From Gaiellales bacterium (GTDB taxonomy: Bacteria > Actinomycetota > Thermoleophilia > Gaiellales > JAICJC01), in assembly GCA_035638975.1 (NCBI GenBank), contig DASQYY010000137.1:1-36555 (forward strand): 36,555 bases of DNA, read 5' to 3'. The translations under genes and the position numbers were made by a program. Positions 16,543 through 25,247 of this stretch are shown in pieces. How positions within the stretch are numbered: position 1 is the stretch's first letter; each line of letters begins with the position of its first letter. The notes below the pieces were generated by a model that worked only from the letters and a program-made list of their open reading frames with translations, ran no database searches and had not been told where the DNA came from.

Positions 16543-17781
16543 GTGACCAGCCGCGGGACCGGCACGCTGCTGCTCGCATTCGCGCTCTACATCGCGTCCT
16601 GGGGCTTCGGCACCAGTGCGATGTACCCGGTTGCGGTCGGCCTGTTCGCGGCACCGCTGATCGCGTGGCTCTGGGTGCGCCTGACCGCGAAGCCGACCAA
16701 CCTGCGCCGGCGGACCGGCCACCGGGAGCTGGTCGAGGGCGGCCGGGTCGGCGTCGAGGTGGAGGTGCGAGGCGACGGCGGGTTGCTCCCGGCACGGGCC
16801 ACGATGCTCGAGAAGATCGGTGATCTCGGCACCCAGGAGGTGCCGCTGCGCCACGTCGGCCATGCACTGCGCGGCCGGTACGTGATCGACCCGGCCCCGC
16901 GCGGCCGCTACACCCTCGCAGCCGCCGAGCTTCGCGTCGACGACCCGCTCGGCCTGGCGGAGTCGCTGACCGCGCTCGAGCGGTCGGACACGCTGCTCGT
17001 CTATCCCCGTGTCTACGCCCTGGACGGCCTGTTCACGGACGCCGGCACCGCCGGCGGAGACGAGGGGCGGGCGCTGCTGCACCGCACCGCCGGATACGAC
17101 CTGCACTCGATCCGCGACTTCCAGCAGGGGGAGAGCCTTCGCCGGGTGCACTGGCGCTCGACTGCGAAGCGGCGCAAGCTGATGGTGAAGGAGCTGACCG
17201 AGCTTCCCCGCGACGAGTCGGCCGTGCTGCTCGATTGCGATCGCACGGCCGAGGTGGGCCCGCCCGGGTCGAGCAGCTTCGACGCGCAGGTGCGCGTCGC
17301 GGCCTCGCTGATGAACCGGATGGTGGAGACGGGCCAGCGCTGCTCGCTGGTCATCCACGGCCCGACACGTCGGCGGATACGCGTGCAGGCCGGCGGCGGG
17401 GACTGGGGGGCGGCCCTGGCGGCGCTCGCAGCCGTCCGGGCAGACGCGCACCGTCCGCTGGCGGCGATGCTCTCGGAGGCGCTGGGCGCGACCGGCGCGG
17501 CGGAGGCGATCGACGCTGCGCGGCTCTACATCGTCACGGGCGCGCTCAGCCCGCAGGTCGCGAGCCGTGTGCTCGCGCTCCGCTCCGCGCGCCGCGACGT
17601 CGCCGTGGTTGCCGTCGATGCAGCGTCGTTCGCCGGCGTCGAGCACGTCCCGGGCTCTGCCGACTCGGCGGCGCTCCAGCTCGCTGCGAGCGGGGTGGCG
17701 GTCGCGCGCGTGCGGGCGGGCGACGACATCGGCGATGTGCTCTCGTCCGCAATGGCGCGGAAGGCGGCCCTCCGTGGCTGA
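16543..17781 (+). CDS. DUF58 domain protein (MoxR partner), with N-terminal TM segments
   Basis: YDLHSIRDFQQGESLRRVHWRSTAKRRKLMVKE is the DUF58 hallmark. It lies immediately downstream of moxR. Confidence 0.88.
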   Translation: MTSRGTGTLLLAFALYIASWGFGTSAMYPVAVGLFAAPLIAWLWVRLTAKPTNLRRRTGHRELVEGGRVGVEVEVRGDGGLLPARATMLEKIGDLGTQEVPLRHVGHALRGRYVIDPAPRGRYTLAAAELRVDDPLGLAESLTALERSDTLLVYPRVYALDGLFTDAGTAGGDEGRALLHRTAGYDLHSIRDFQQGESLRRVHWRSTAKRRKLMVKELTELPRDESAVLLDCDRTAEVGPPGSSSFDAQVRVAASLMNRMVETGQRCSLVIHGPTRRRIRVQAGGGDWGAALAALAAVRADAHRPLAAMLSEALGATGAAEAIDAARLYIVTGALSPQVASRVLALRSARRDVAVVAVDAASFAGVEHVPGSADSAALQLAASGVAVARVRAGDDIGDVLSSAMARKAALRG

Positions 17782-20062
17782 GCGGCTGGTCGTCTTCTTC
17801 GCGGTCGCGGCGTTCAGCGCATGGCATTGGCAGCAGCTCGAGCACCCGCAGATCGCCGCCGGCGAGATGGCGCTCCTGATCCTGCTGGCGCTCGGCCCGG
17901 CCCTGCTGGCGGCGGCCAGGCGATGGGCCGCGGCGATCGTGGCCACGGTGGCCGCCGCCGTCATCGTCGTCTGGCGCGCCTTCGGCTACCTGCCCTGGGA
18001 GCGTGATCACGCGCTCTACCCGGTCAGGGTGGCCTCCGCCGTCCACGATGGCGCCCAGGCCTGGTTCGGCACGATCACGCCCTTCGACCCCGGGCGCTTC
18101 GCCCAGACGGACGGCCTGGTGCAGCTGTCGTTCGCGCTGCTCCTGGGGCTGTTCGCATGGCTGCTGCTGGACGGGCGCTTCGCGCTCACCGCCGTGTCCG
18201 CGGCGTTCGCGCTGTTCGCGATCCCGAGCACCGCCGTTGGCATGGGCGACCGCGGCCTGCGCGCGGCCATCTTCCTTGCCCTGGCGCTGGCGATCCTGGC
18301 GGTATGCCAGCGGCGCATCCCGGCGGGAGGTTCCGCGATCGCGCAGCTGGCCGCCATCGGCGCCGCAACCGTGGTGGCCGGCGTGGTGGTGGGGTCGGCG
18401 CCGGGGGTGGCGAAGGGCGCGTTCTTCGACTGGCGGCACTGGAACCCGCTGGCAGGCGGCGGCGCACGCATCAGCGTCGGCTACGTCTGGAACGAGACGT
18501 ACGGGCCGCTGCACTTCCCCAAGAACCCGACGACGATGTTCACCGTCTCGTCGATCAACCCGCACTACTGGAAGGCGGGCGTGCTGACGGACTTCAACGG
18601 AACGAGCTGGGTGGCGCAGGACATCACCCAGACGCCGTTCCATGACACCGACGGCATCGGCGCACCGCCCAGCATGCTGCCGCCGAACGCCCAGGACCCG
18701 AAGCGCGGCGACATGGTGCAGATCGGCATCAAGATCGACGGGCTGGCGGACCCCCACCTGATCGGCACCGGCCAGCCGACGCGCTTCACGCTCACGTCAC
18801 AGCGGGTGGACGCCACGCTCAGCACCGACGGGACCGTGGTGACGAGCACCGACCTGCCCCGCGACGCCACCTACACCGTGCGGTCGTACTCGCCGAACCC
18901 GACGGTGAAGGAGCTCGCAGGAGCCGGCACGCATTTTCCGGCCGACGTGGCGGCCGGCATCATCGTCAACAACCAGCGCATCCCCGTCTGGGGGAGCGGG
19001 CGCGGGGTCCGTCGCATCTCGCTCGACCCGGGCCTCGTGCGCGCGTCAAACCAGGCGTGGCACGAATCCGGCGCCGATGATCCCACGGCCAGCGAATATG
19101 GCGCCGTCGCCGCCCTCGAGTCGTACTTCCACAGCAAGAAGTTCCACTACGACCAGACCCCGCCGCGCGGCACCGGGCCCGTGCTGGCCGACTTCATGCT
19201 GCGGTCGCACCGCGGCTACTGCCAGATGTTCTCGGGGTCGATGGCGCTCGTGCTGCGTCTGCACGGCATCCCGGCACGGGTGGCGTACGGCTTCACGGAG
19301 GGCCATGAGACCAGCAGCGGCGATTACACGGTGCTCGACCGCGACGCCCACGCGTGGGTGGAGGCCTACTTCCCCGGCTACGGCTGGATGCCCTTCGAGC
19401 CGACGCCCACGCGCCATCTTCCGGTGCTGACCTCGACGACCAACAACAAGCTGCTGACGCTGGTGGCGAACCGCCAGGAGGCGTCGAAGCTGGGCCTGCC
19501 GATCAAGCTGCAGCAGACGCTCGGCCTGCCCTCCTCGCTGCAGGCCGGCGGCGGAAACCCGGATGCGAGGCACAGCAGGCTCACCCGCCCCAGCGGCCGC
19601 GGTGGCACCTTGACGGCTGCGCCGTCAGGCGGGCACACGAGCTTCTTCGTCTGGGCGGTGTCGGCCACGATGGTGGTGCTGCTGGTGCTGGCCGGGGTCA
19701 AGCTGGTGGCCGTGCGCTGGCGCTATCTGCGCCGCGGCCCGCGCGGGCAGGCGTCCGCGGCCTACCACGAGATGGCCACCTACCTGGGTGACCAGGGGAT
19801 CACGGTGCCGCCGAACGCGACGTTCGAGGAGCTGGCCGCGATCGTCGATTCCGCCTGGGGCGTCGACGCCTCCGAGCTCGCCGCGGCAGGGAGCGCCGCG
19901 CGGTACGCGCCGCCGGCGAGAGCACGGGAGGCGGGCCGGCAGGTGCGCCCCGCGCTTCGCCGGATTCGGCGGGAGATGCGCGCCGCCCTGAGCCTGCGCG
20001 AGCGCGCCATGGGCGCGCTGCGGCTGCGCTCGATGCTCGCGCAGACGACGCATCTGGAGTGA
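17774..20062 (+). CDS. polytopic membrane transglutaminase-like protein (TgpA/DUF3488-type)
   Basis: Multiple N-terminal hydrophobic helices. Transglutaminase core HRGYCQMFSGSMALVLRLHGIPARVAYGF...DAHAWVEAYFPGYGWMPFEPTP (Cys-His-Asp). A late TM helix follows. The start is uncertain: GTG 17774 overlaps the DUF58 stop by 8 nt, and earlier in-frame starts exist. Confidence 0.85.
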   Translation: MAERLVVFFAVAAFSAWHWQQLEHPQIAAGEMALLILLALGPALLAAARRWAAAIVATVAAAVIVVWRAFGYLPWERDHALYPVRVASAVHDGAQAWFGTITPFDPGRFAQTDGLVQLSFALLLGLFAWLLLDGRFALTAVSAAFALFAIPSTAVGMGDRGLRAAIFLALALAILAVCQRRIPAGGSAIAQLAAIGAATVVAGVVVGSAPGVAKGAFFDWRHWNPLAGGGARISVGYVWNETYGPLHFPKNPTTMFTVSSINPHYWKAGVLTDFNGTSWVAQDITQTPFHDTDGIGAPPSMLPPNAQDPKRGDMVQIGIKIDGLADPHLIGTGQPTRFTLTSQRVDATLSTDGTVVTSTDLPRDATYTVRSYSPNPTVKELAGAGTHFPADVAAGIIVNNQRIPVWGSGRGVRRISLDPGLVRASNQAWHESGADDPTASEYGAVAALESYFHSKKFHYDQTPPRGTGPVLADFMLRSHRGYCQMFSGSMALVLRLHGIPARVAYGFTEGHETSSGDYTVLDRDAHAWVEAYFPGYGWMPFEPTPTRHLPVLTSTTNNKLLTLVANRQEASKLGLPIKLQQTLGLPSSLQAGGGNPDARHSRLTRPSGRGGTLTAAPSGGHTSFFVWAVSATMVVLLVLAGVKLVAVRWRYLRRGPRGQASAAYHEMATYLGDQGITVPPNATFEELAAIVDSAWGVDASELAAAGSAARYAPPARAREAGRQVRPALRRIRREMRAALSLRERAMGALRLRSMLAQTTHLE

Positions 20063-20136
20063 GCCCGGGGCCATTTGCCCACAGCGCTATCGTGAAGTTC
20101 GCGGGCGGTTTGCCCGATGAATTCGGAAGGCTGCGG

Positions 20137-20499
20137 ATGCACGGCGACGACAACACCTATGACCTGTTCCAGCGGGGCCGCGCGCATCTGGAGCGTGGTG
20201 ACAACGCGCAGGCGACGGTGTCGCTCGAAAAGGCGAAGCGGCGCGAGCCGGACAAGGCATCGATCCGCGAGGCGCTTGGCCTTGCCTATCTGCGGCTGCG
20301 CCGCTACCGGGAGGCGGCGGCGGAGTTCGAGTACATCCTGGATGCCGCGCCGGCGAACGACTACGCGCACTACTGCCTGGGACGCTGCCTGACGAGGATG
20401 GGCGAGGAGGGCCTGGCGGCCGGGCACTACAAGATGGCGCTGTGGCTCCGACCCGAGGTCGACTACTACCGCGAAGCGGTCGACCGGCTGAGCGCCTGA
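20137..20499 (+). CDS. small TPR-repeat protein (120 aa)
   Basis: YDLFQRGRAHLERGDNAQATVSLEKA...ALGLAYLRLRRYREAAAEFEYILDAAPANDYAHYCLGRCLTRMGEEGLAAGHYKMAL is TPR-like periodicity. ATG 20137 has GGAAGG 6 nt upstream. Confidence 0.65.
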   Translation: MHGDDNTYDLFQRGRAHLERGDNAQATVSLEKAKRREPDKASIREALGLAYLRLRRYREAAAEFEYILDAAPANDYAHYCLGRCLTRMGEEGLAAGHYKMALWLRPEVDYYREAVDRLSA

Positions 20500-20578
20500 G
20501 GCCGGTATCGGTAGGTGACGAATCGGCCACGGAGTCGTGCCGCGGGTCGACACCGGCTCTGAGGCGGTTGACGCTGGC

Positions 20579-21016
20579 CTAAAGGTCCACCCAGATCGTG
20601 ACCGGCCCGTCGTTGACGAGCGCCACCCGCATGTGCGCGCCGAAGCGGCCGGTCTGCACCGGTAGGCCGAGCGCGCGCAGCTCCTCCGCCACCGCATCCA
20701 CCAGCCGCCGGCCCAGCTCGGGCTCCGCCGCCCCCGTGAACCCCGGCCGGTTGCCCCGCGATACGTCGGCGTAGAGCGTGAACTGCGAGACAACAAGCAC
20801 CTCGCCGCGCACGTCCACCACCGACCTGTTCATGCGGCCCTCGTCGTCGGCGAACACCCGCAGCCGCGCGATCTTGCCGGCCAGCTGGGCCGCTTTCGCC
20901 TCGTCGTCGCCCTCGCCCGCGGCGACCAGCGCGAGCAGGCCCGGCCCGACGGCGGCGATGCGCTCGCCGCCGACCTCCACCGACGCCTCGGCCACCCGCT
21001 GCAGCAGCGCTCGCAC
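20579..21016 (-). CDS. dtd: D-aminoacyl-tRNA deacylase (145 aa)
   Basis: (V)[14 protein letters not shown]...GPGLLALV...SQFTLYAD...GNRPGF...[20 protein letters not shown]. The GTG start at 21016 gives the canonical length. The 189-aa track ORF is an upstream run-on. Confidence 0.9.
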   Translation of the reverse strand: MRALLQRVAEASVEVGGERIAAVGPGLLALVAAGEGDDEAKAAQLAGKIARLRVFADDEGRMNRSVVDVRGEVLVVSQFTLYADVSRGNRPGFTGAAEPELGRRLVDAVAEELRALGLPVQTGRFGAHMRVALVNDGPVTIWVDL

Positions 21017-21094
21017 GGCGTCCGGATTCACCCTCTGGGGGGAAGTCCCTGCTATCCTTCGGCTCACTGTCAGCGTGAGAGGGCGGGCCGAGCA

Positions 21095-21119
21095 GGTGGG
21101 TGAGAACCCACCTTTTTTT
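21095..21119 (+). terminator. canonical intrinsic terminator in the rimP-nusA-infB leader, GGTGGGT-GAGA-ACCCACC-TTTTTTT
   Basis: 7-bp stem, GNRA-type tetraloop and a 7-T tract. It is the only U-tailed terminator I see in this window. It lies 30 nt upstream of the rimP ATG and is nested in an outer 7-bp helix, GAGGGCG (21079-85) / CGCCCTC (21120-26). Confidence 0.7.
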
Positions 21120-21148
21120 CGCCCTCGTGGAGGTTCGAGGAGGTGCAA

Positions 21149-21592
21149 ATGGGACGCTCAGCAGAGTTGGCGCAGCAGATCGAGACGACCCTTCGGGACC
21201 GTGTCCCGGAGGTCGAGGTGCTGCTCGCGGAGCAGCCCAGCCCCGGCCTTGTCCGCGTCACCATCGACCGGCCCGGCGGCGCCGTCGACCTCGACCTGTG
21301 CGAGCGTGTCACCCGCGAGCTCGCGGCCGTCCGGCAGCGCTACGCGCTGGAGGTGTCGTCCCCCGGCCTCGACCGCCCGCTCGTCAAGCCCGAGCACTAC
21401 CGGCGCGCGGTCGGCAGCCGCGTGCACGTGCGCACGGAGCAGCCGGTCGCCGGGCGGCGGCAGTTCACTGGCACGTTGATCGACGCACGGAACGACGAGA
21501 TCGAGATCGACCTCGACGGTGAGCGCACGAGCTTGCCGTATGCGGCTATCCGCCGGGGGAATCTGGTCGCTGAGGTGGGAGGCAAGCGGTGA
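21149..21592 (+). CDS. rimP: ribosome maturation factor RimP
   Basis: ...[14 protein letters not shown]...FTGTL... is the RimP signature. ATG 21149 is preceded by GAGGAGG. It lies upstream of nusA. Confidence 0.88.
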   Translation: MGRSAELAQQIETTLRDRVPEVEVLLAEQPSPGLVRVTIDRPGGAVDLDLCERVTRELAAVRQRYALEVSSPGLDRPLVKPEHYRRAVGSRVHVRTEQPVAGRRQFTGTLIDARNDEIEIDLDGERTSLPYAAIRRGNLVAEVGGKR

Positions 21593-22887
21593 GCAAGGAA
21601 CTCTTGGAGGGCGTGAAGCTGCTCGAGAAGGAGCGCGGGATCGAGGCGGAGACGCTGCTCTCGGCCATTGAGGAGGCGCTGCTGGCGGCATACAAGAAGA
21701 TGCCCGACGCGCGCCATCCGGTGCGCGTCGACCTCGACCGCGAGTCCGGCGATTACGTCGTCTGGTCGGTCACCCCCGACGCCTGGGAGGCATACCTCGA
21801 GGTGCATCCGCACCACCGCCCGGTCGAGCCCGAGGAGGAGCCGGAGCGGCCGCTCGACGCCCCCGCCGCGCAGGGCGCCGAGGGCGAGCAGCCCGCCGAG
21901 GAGGAGCCCGAGCCCGAGATCGAGTGGGGCTGGTTCCAGCCTGCGCAGATGGTGGACGTCACGCCCGAGGGCTTCAGCCGCATCGCCGGGCAGACGGCGA
22001 AGCAGGTGCTGCGCCAGCGCATCCACGAGGCGGAGCGCTCGATCATGTACGACGAGTACGCCGACCGCGTCGGCGAGATCGTCACCGGCATCGTGCAGCA
22101 GGACGACAACCGCTATGCCTTCGTCGACCTGGGCAAGATGGAGGCGATCCTGCCGGGGTCGGAGAAGGTGCCGGGCGAGCGCTACGAGCAGGGCAGCCGC
22201 ATCAAGGCCGTGATCATCGAGGTGCGCTCCGAGGGCAAGGGCCCGCAGGTGGTCCTGTCGCGCCGAAGCGACGAGCTGATCCGCCAGCTGTTCGAGCTCG
22301 AGGTGCCCGAGATCGCCGACGGCCTGGTCAGCATCCGCGCCATCGCCCGCGAGCCCGGCTACCGCGCCAAGATCGCGGTCGAGTCGCGTGTCCAGGGCGT
22401 CGACCCGGTGGGCGCGTGCGTCGGCCCCCGCGGCTCGCGCGTGCGCATGGTCGTGTCCGAGCTGCGGGGTGAGAAGATCGACATCATCCCGTGGAACGAC
22501 GAGCCCGCGCGCTTCGTCGCCAAGGCGCTCGCGCCGGCGAAGGTACGCGAGGTCTACGTCGACGACGACGCGCAGCAGGCGACGGTGGTCGTCCCCGACG
22601 GCGAGCTGTCGCTCGCGATCGGCAAGGAGGGCCTGAACGCCCGCCTCGCGCACAGGCTGACCGGCTGGAGGATCGACATCGTCTCGGAGACCGAGCACTA
22701 CGCCGAGGCGGAGGACGTGCCCTATACGGGCGCCGAGGGCGAGGAGGACGAGTTCCCGGGCCGCTGCATCGCGGTGACGTCGTCCGGCAAGCGCTGCCCC
22801 AACCAGGCGCTCGACGGGAGCCGCTACTGCGGCGTCCCGGCGCACCGTGAGCTGGCCGCCAAGGAGGAGGGAGCAGCCGCGTCGTAA
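21589..22887 (+). CDS. nusA: transcription termination/antitermination factor NusA, with a Cys3-His C-terminal tail
   Basis: NTD (FSRIAGQTAKQVLRQRIHEAER), S1 (GEIVTGIVQQ...), KH1/KH2 (...VGACVGPRGSRV...LAIGKEGLNARLA). GTGA overlap with the rimP stop. Confidence 0.95.
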   Translation: MSKELLEGVKLLEKERGIEAETLLSAIEEALLAAYKKMPDARHPVRVDLDRESGDYVVWSVTPDAWEAYLEVHPHHRPVEPEEEPERPLDAPAAQGAEGEQPAEEEPEPEIEWGWFQPAQMVDVTPEGFSRIAGQTAKQVLRQRIHEAERSIMYDEYADRVGEIVTGIVQQDDNRYAFVDLGKMEAILPGSEKVPGERYEQGSRIKAVIIEVRSEGKGPQVVLSRRSDELIRQLFELEVPEIADGLVSIRAIAREPGYRAKIAVESRVQGVDPVGACVGPRGSRVRMVVSELRGEKIDIIPWNDEPARFVAKALAPAKVREVYVDDDAQQATVVVPDGELSLAIGKEGLNARLAHRLTGWRIDIVSETEHYAEAEDVPYTGAEGEEDEFPGRCIAVTSSGKRCPNQALDGSRYCGVPAHRELAAKEEGAAAS

Positions 22888-22895
22888 GCGATCCG

Positions 22896-23156
22896 ATCAG
22901 GCAGTGCGCCGGGTGTGGCCGGCGCCGCCCACAGGCAGAGCTGGTGCGGCTGGCGGTCGCCGACGAGGTGATCGTGGCCGATCCCACCAGGCGGCTGCCC
23001 GGGCGCGGCGCCTATCTGTGCCCTGATCGCAGCTGCCTTGGCCAGGCGCTCAAGCGCGGCGCGCTGCCGCGGAGGCTACGTGTGAGCGCTGAGGCCGCGG
23101 CGGGGTTGGAGGAACGGGTTCGCCTTGAGGGCGGGCCCGGTGTCTGGGAGAATTGA
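22896..23156 (+). CDS. ylxR: YlxR/DUF448 family protein; start codon unresolved
   Basis: In-frame translation from 22893 reads PIRQCAGCGRRRPQAELVRLAV...LPGRGAYLCPDRSCL..., the DUF448 signature. The first canonical start (GTG 22944) lies after the CxxC-ELVR motif. ATC 22896 occupies the position where the Met normally is. The 3' end is firm. The 5' end is either 22896 (non-canonical) or 22944. Confidence 0.75.
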   Translation: MRQCAGCGRRRPQAELVRLAVADEVIVADPTRRLPGRGAYLCPDRSCLGQALKRGALPRRLRVSAEAAAGLEERVRLEGGPGVWEN

Positions 23157-23162
23157 GGTGAG

Positions 23163-25247
23163 ATGGCAAAGAAGACGGTGACCGATATCGCGCGCGAGCA
23201 GGGCGTCTCCGAGGCCGAGGTCAAGCAGAAGCTGGACGAGGCCGGCGCAGCCGCGCCCGCTGACGACCTGGTCGACGACGAAGACGTCCGTCGCGCCTTC
23301 GGCGCCAAGGCAACCGTGCCGGCCCAGGAGCCGGGCCAGCCCGCACGGCATGCGCGCCCCCAGCGCGGCGCCCAGCCCGGCCGCCGCCGTAGGGTTGTGA
23401 TCGACTCGCAGGCCGGCCGCCGCCCCGGGCAGGGGAAGCGCGAGCGCGGTCCGCGGCCCGAGGCCAAGCGCGAGCCCGAGGTGCCGACCGGGCCGGTGAA
23501 GGTCGAGTCCGGCGTCACGGTCAAGGATCTCGCCGAGAAGCTCGGCATCAGCCCCGCCAAGATCATCGCCTACATGATGGGCGAGGGGCAGATGGTGACG
23601 ATGACCGTGTCGCTCTCCGACGACGACGTGCAGCTGATCGGCCTCGAGTTCGGCCGTGAGGTGATCATCCAGCACGCCGCGGATGAGGAGGAGCCCGAGG
23701 AAGCGTCCTACGAGGACGCGCCTGACTCCCTCGTCACACGGCCGCCCGTCGTCACGATCATGGGCCACGTCGACCATGGCAAGACGACGCTGCTCGACGC
23801 CATCCGCGAGTCCTCGGTCGTCGAGACGGAGGCAGGCGGCATCACCCAGCACATCGGCGCCTACCAGGTCGACGTCGACGGAGGGCGCAAAGTCACCTTC
23901 CTCGACACCCCGGGCCACGAGGCCTTCACCGCCATGCGCGCCCGCGGGGCGAAGGTGACGGATGTCGCCGTGCTGGTCGTCGCGGCGGACGACGGCGTCA
24001 TGCCGCAGACGGTCGAGGCGATCGACCACGCGAAGGCGGCCGAAGTGCCGATCGTGGTGGCCGTGAACAAGATCGACAAGGAGGACGCGAACCCCGAGCG
24101 GGTGCGCGGCGAGCTGGTCAACCAGGGCCTGCAGCCGGAGGAGTGGGGCGGCGAGACCATCTTCGTCGACGTCTCCGCCAAGGCCAAGCAGAACCTCGAC
24201 CAGCTGCTCGAGATGCTGCTCCTGCAGGCTGACGTGCTCGAGCTCAAGGCCAACCCGAAGGCCGAGGCCAGCGGCGTCATCATCGAGTCGCGGCTCGACG
24301 TCGGGCGCGGGCCGGTGGCGACGCTGCTCGTGCAGCGCGGCACCCTGCGCGTCGGGGATGCGGTCGTCGCCGGCGACGCCTGGGGGCGCGTCAAGGCACT
24401 GAACGACGCCAACGGCAAGCGCGTCAAAGAGGCCGGCCCGGCCGTGCCGGTCGAGATCCTCGGATTCGACAAGCCGCCGCCGGCCGGCGAGTTCTGCCGC
24501 GTGGTCGAGAACGACCGCGTGGCGCGTCAGCTTGCGCAGAAGCGCGCCCAGCGCATCCGCACCGAGATGCTGGCCCGCCGCAGCAAGGCGGTCAGCCTCG
24601 AGGATCTCTTCTCCGCCGTCCAGGAGGGCGCGGTGCAGGAGCTCGGCCTGATCATCAAGGCCGACGTCCAGGGTTCCGTCGAGGCCGCCGAGGGCGAGAT
24701 CGCGAAGATCCAGCACCCGGAGGTCACGGTCAGCGTCATCCACTCCGGCGTCGGCGGCATCACGGCCAGCGACATCAACCTGGCCGCGGCGTCGAACGCG
24801 ATCGTCGTCGGCTTCAATGTCCGGCCAAACGCCGAGGCCAAGTCGCTGGCCGAGCGCGAGGGCGTCGACATCCGCACCTACCGGGTGATCTACCAGCTGA
24901 CCGAGGACATCCAGCAGGCCCTGATCGGCATGCTCGCCCCCGAGCAGGTCGAGGAGGTGATCGGTGAGCTGGAGGTGCGTCAGACCTTCAAGGTCTCGCG
25001 CCTGGGGACGATCGCCGGCTGCATGGTCACAAGCGGCGTCGTCACGCGCGGCGCGCAGGTGCGCCTGATCCGCGACGGCACGATCGTCCACGACGGCCGG
25101 ATCGGCACGCTGCGCCGCTTCCAGGACGACGTGCGCGAGGTGCAGCAGGGCTTCGAGTGCGGCGTCACGATCGACGGCTACAACGACGTCAAGGAAGGCG
25201 ACGTGCTCGAGGTCTACACCGTCCGCGAGGTCGCCCGCACCGCCTAG
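23163..25247 (+). CDS. infB: translation initiation factor IF-2
   Basis: N-terminal IF2_N ([20 protein letters not shown]), G domain ([14 protein letters not shown]...DTPGHEAF...NKID), and C-terminal domains. Confidence 0.97.
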   Translation: MAKKTVTDIAREQGVSEAEVKQKLDEAGAAAPADDLVDDEDVRRAFGAKATVPAQEPGQPARHARPQRGAQPGRRRRVVIDSQAGRRPGQGKRERGPRPEAKREPEVPTGPVKVESGVTVKDLAEKLGISPAKIIAYMMGEGQMVTMTVSLSDDDVQLIGLEFGREVIIQHAADEEEPEEASYEDAPDSLVTRPPVVTIMGHVDHGKTTLLDAIRESSVVETEAGGITQHIGAYQVDVDGGRKVTFLDTPGHEAFTAMRARGAKVTDVAVLVVAADDGVMPQTVEAIDHAKAAEVPIVVAVNKIDKEDANPERVRGELVNQGLQPEEWGGETIFVDVSAKAKQNLDQLLEMLLLQADVLELKANPKAEASGVIIESRLDVGRGPVATLLVQRGTLRVGDAVVAGDAWGRVKALNDANGKRVKEAGPAVPVEILGFDKPPPAGEFCRVVENDRVARQLAQKRAQRIRTEMLARRSKAVSLEDLFSAVQEGAVQELGLIIKADVQGSVEAAEGEIAKIQHPEVTVSVIHSGVGGITASDINLAAASNAIVVGFNVRPNAEAKSLAEREGVDIRTYRVIYQLTEDIQQALIGMLAPEQVEEVIGELEVRQTFKVSRLGTIAGCMVTSGVVTRGAQVRLIRDGTIVHDGRIGTLRRFQDDVREVQQGFECGVTIDGYNDVKEGDVLEVYTVREVARTA

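Noticed and set aside
20500-20578. Expected bidirectional terminator between the convergent TPR gene and dtd
   Set aside because: I found only weak or imperfect inverted repeats there, with no stem of 7 bp or more, no U-tract and no GGGGTCAG-family member.
20579-21148. 189-aa version of the dtd ORF starting at 21148
   Set aside because: The extra 44 N-terminal residues run through the rimP leader, its terminator hairpin and the T-tract. GTG 21016 gives (V)RALLQRV..., the canonical Dtd N-terminus and length of 145 aa.
23076-25091. 671-aa ORF antisense to infB; similar long antisense or shadow ORFs at 2942-4432, 4661-5578, 5758-6744, 6981-8207, 8032-9420, 9466-11331, 11231-12697, 16441-17964, 17546-18757, 21397-22845 and 33800-35254
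   Set aside because: All lie opposite or out of frame to genes with unmistakable conserved motifs (IF-2, CarA/B, PyrB/C, NusA, PNPase and others). Their translations are dominated by R/A/G/P/D/L runs with no recognisable motifs. Such ORFs are expected in very GC-rich DNA, where stop codons are rare.
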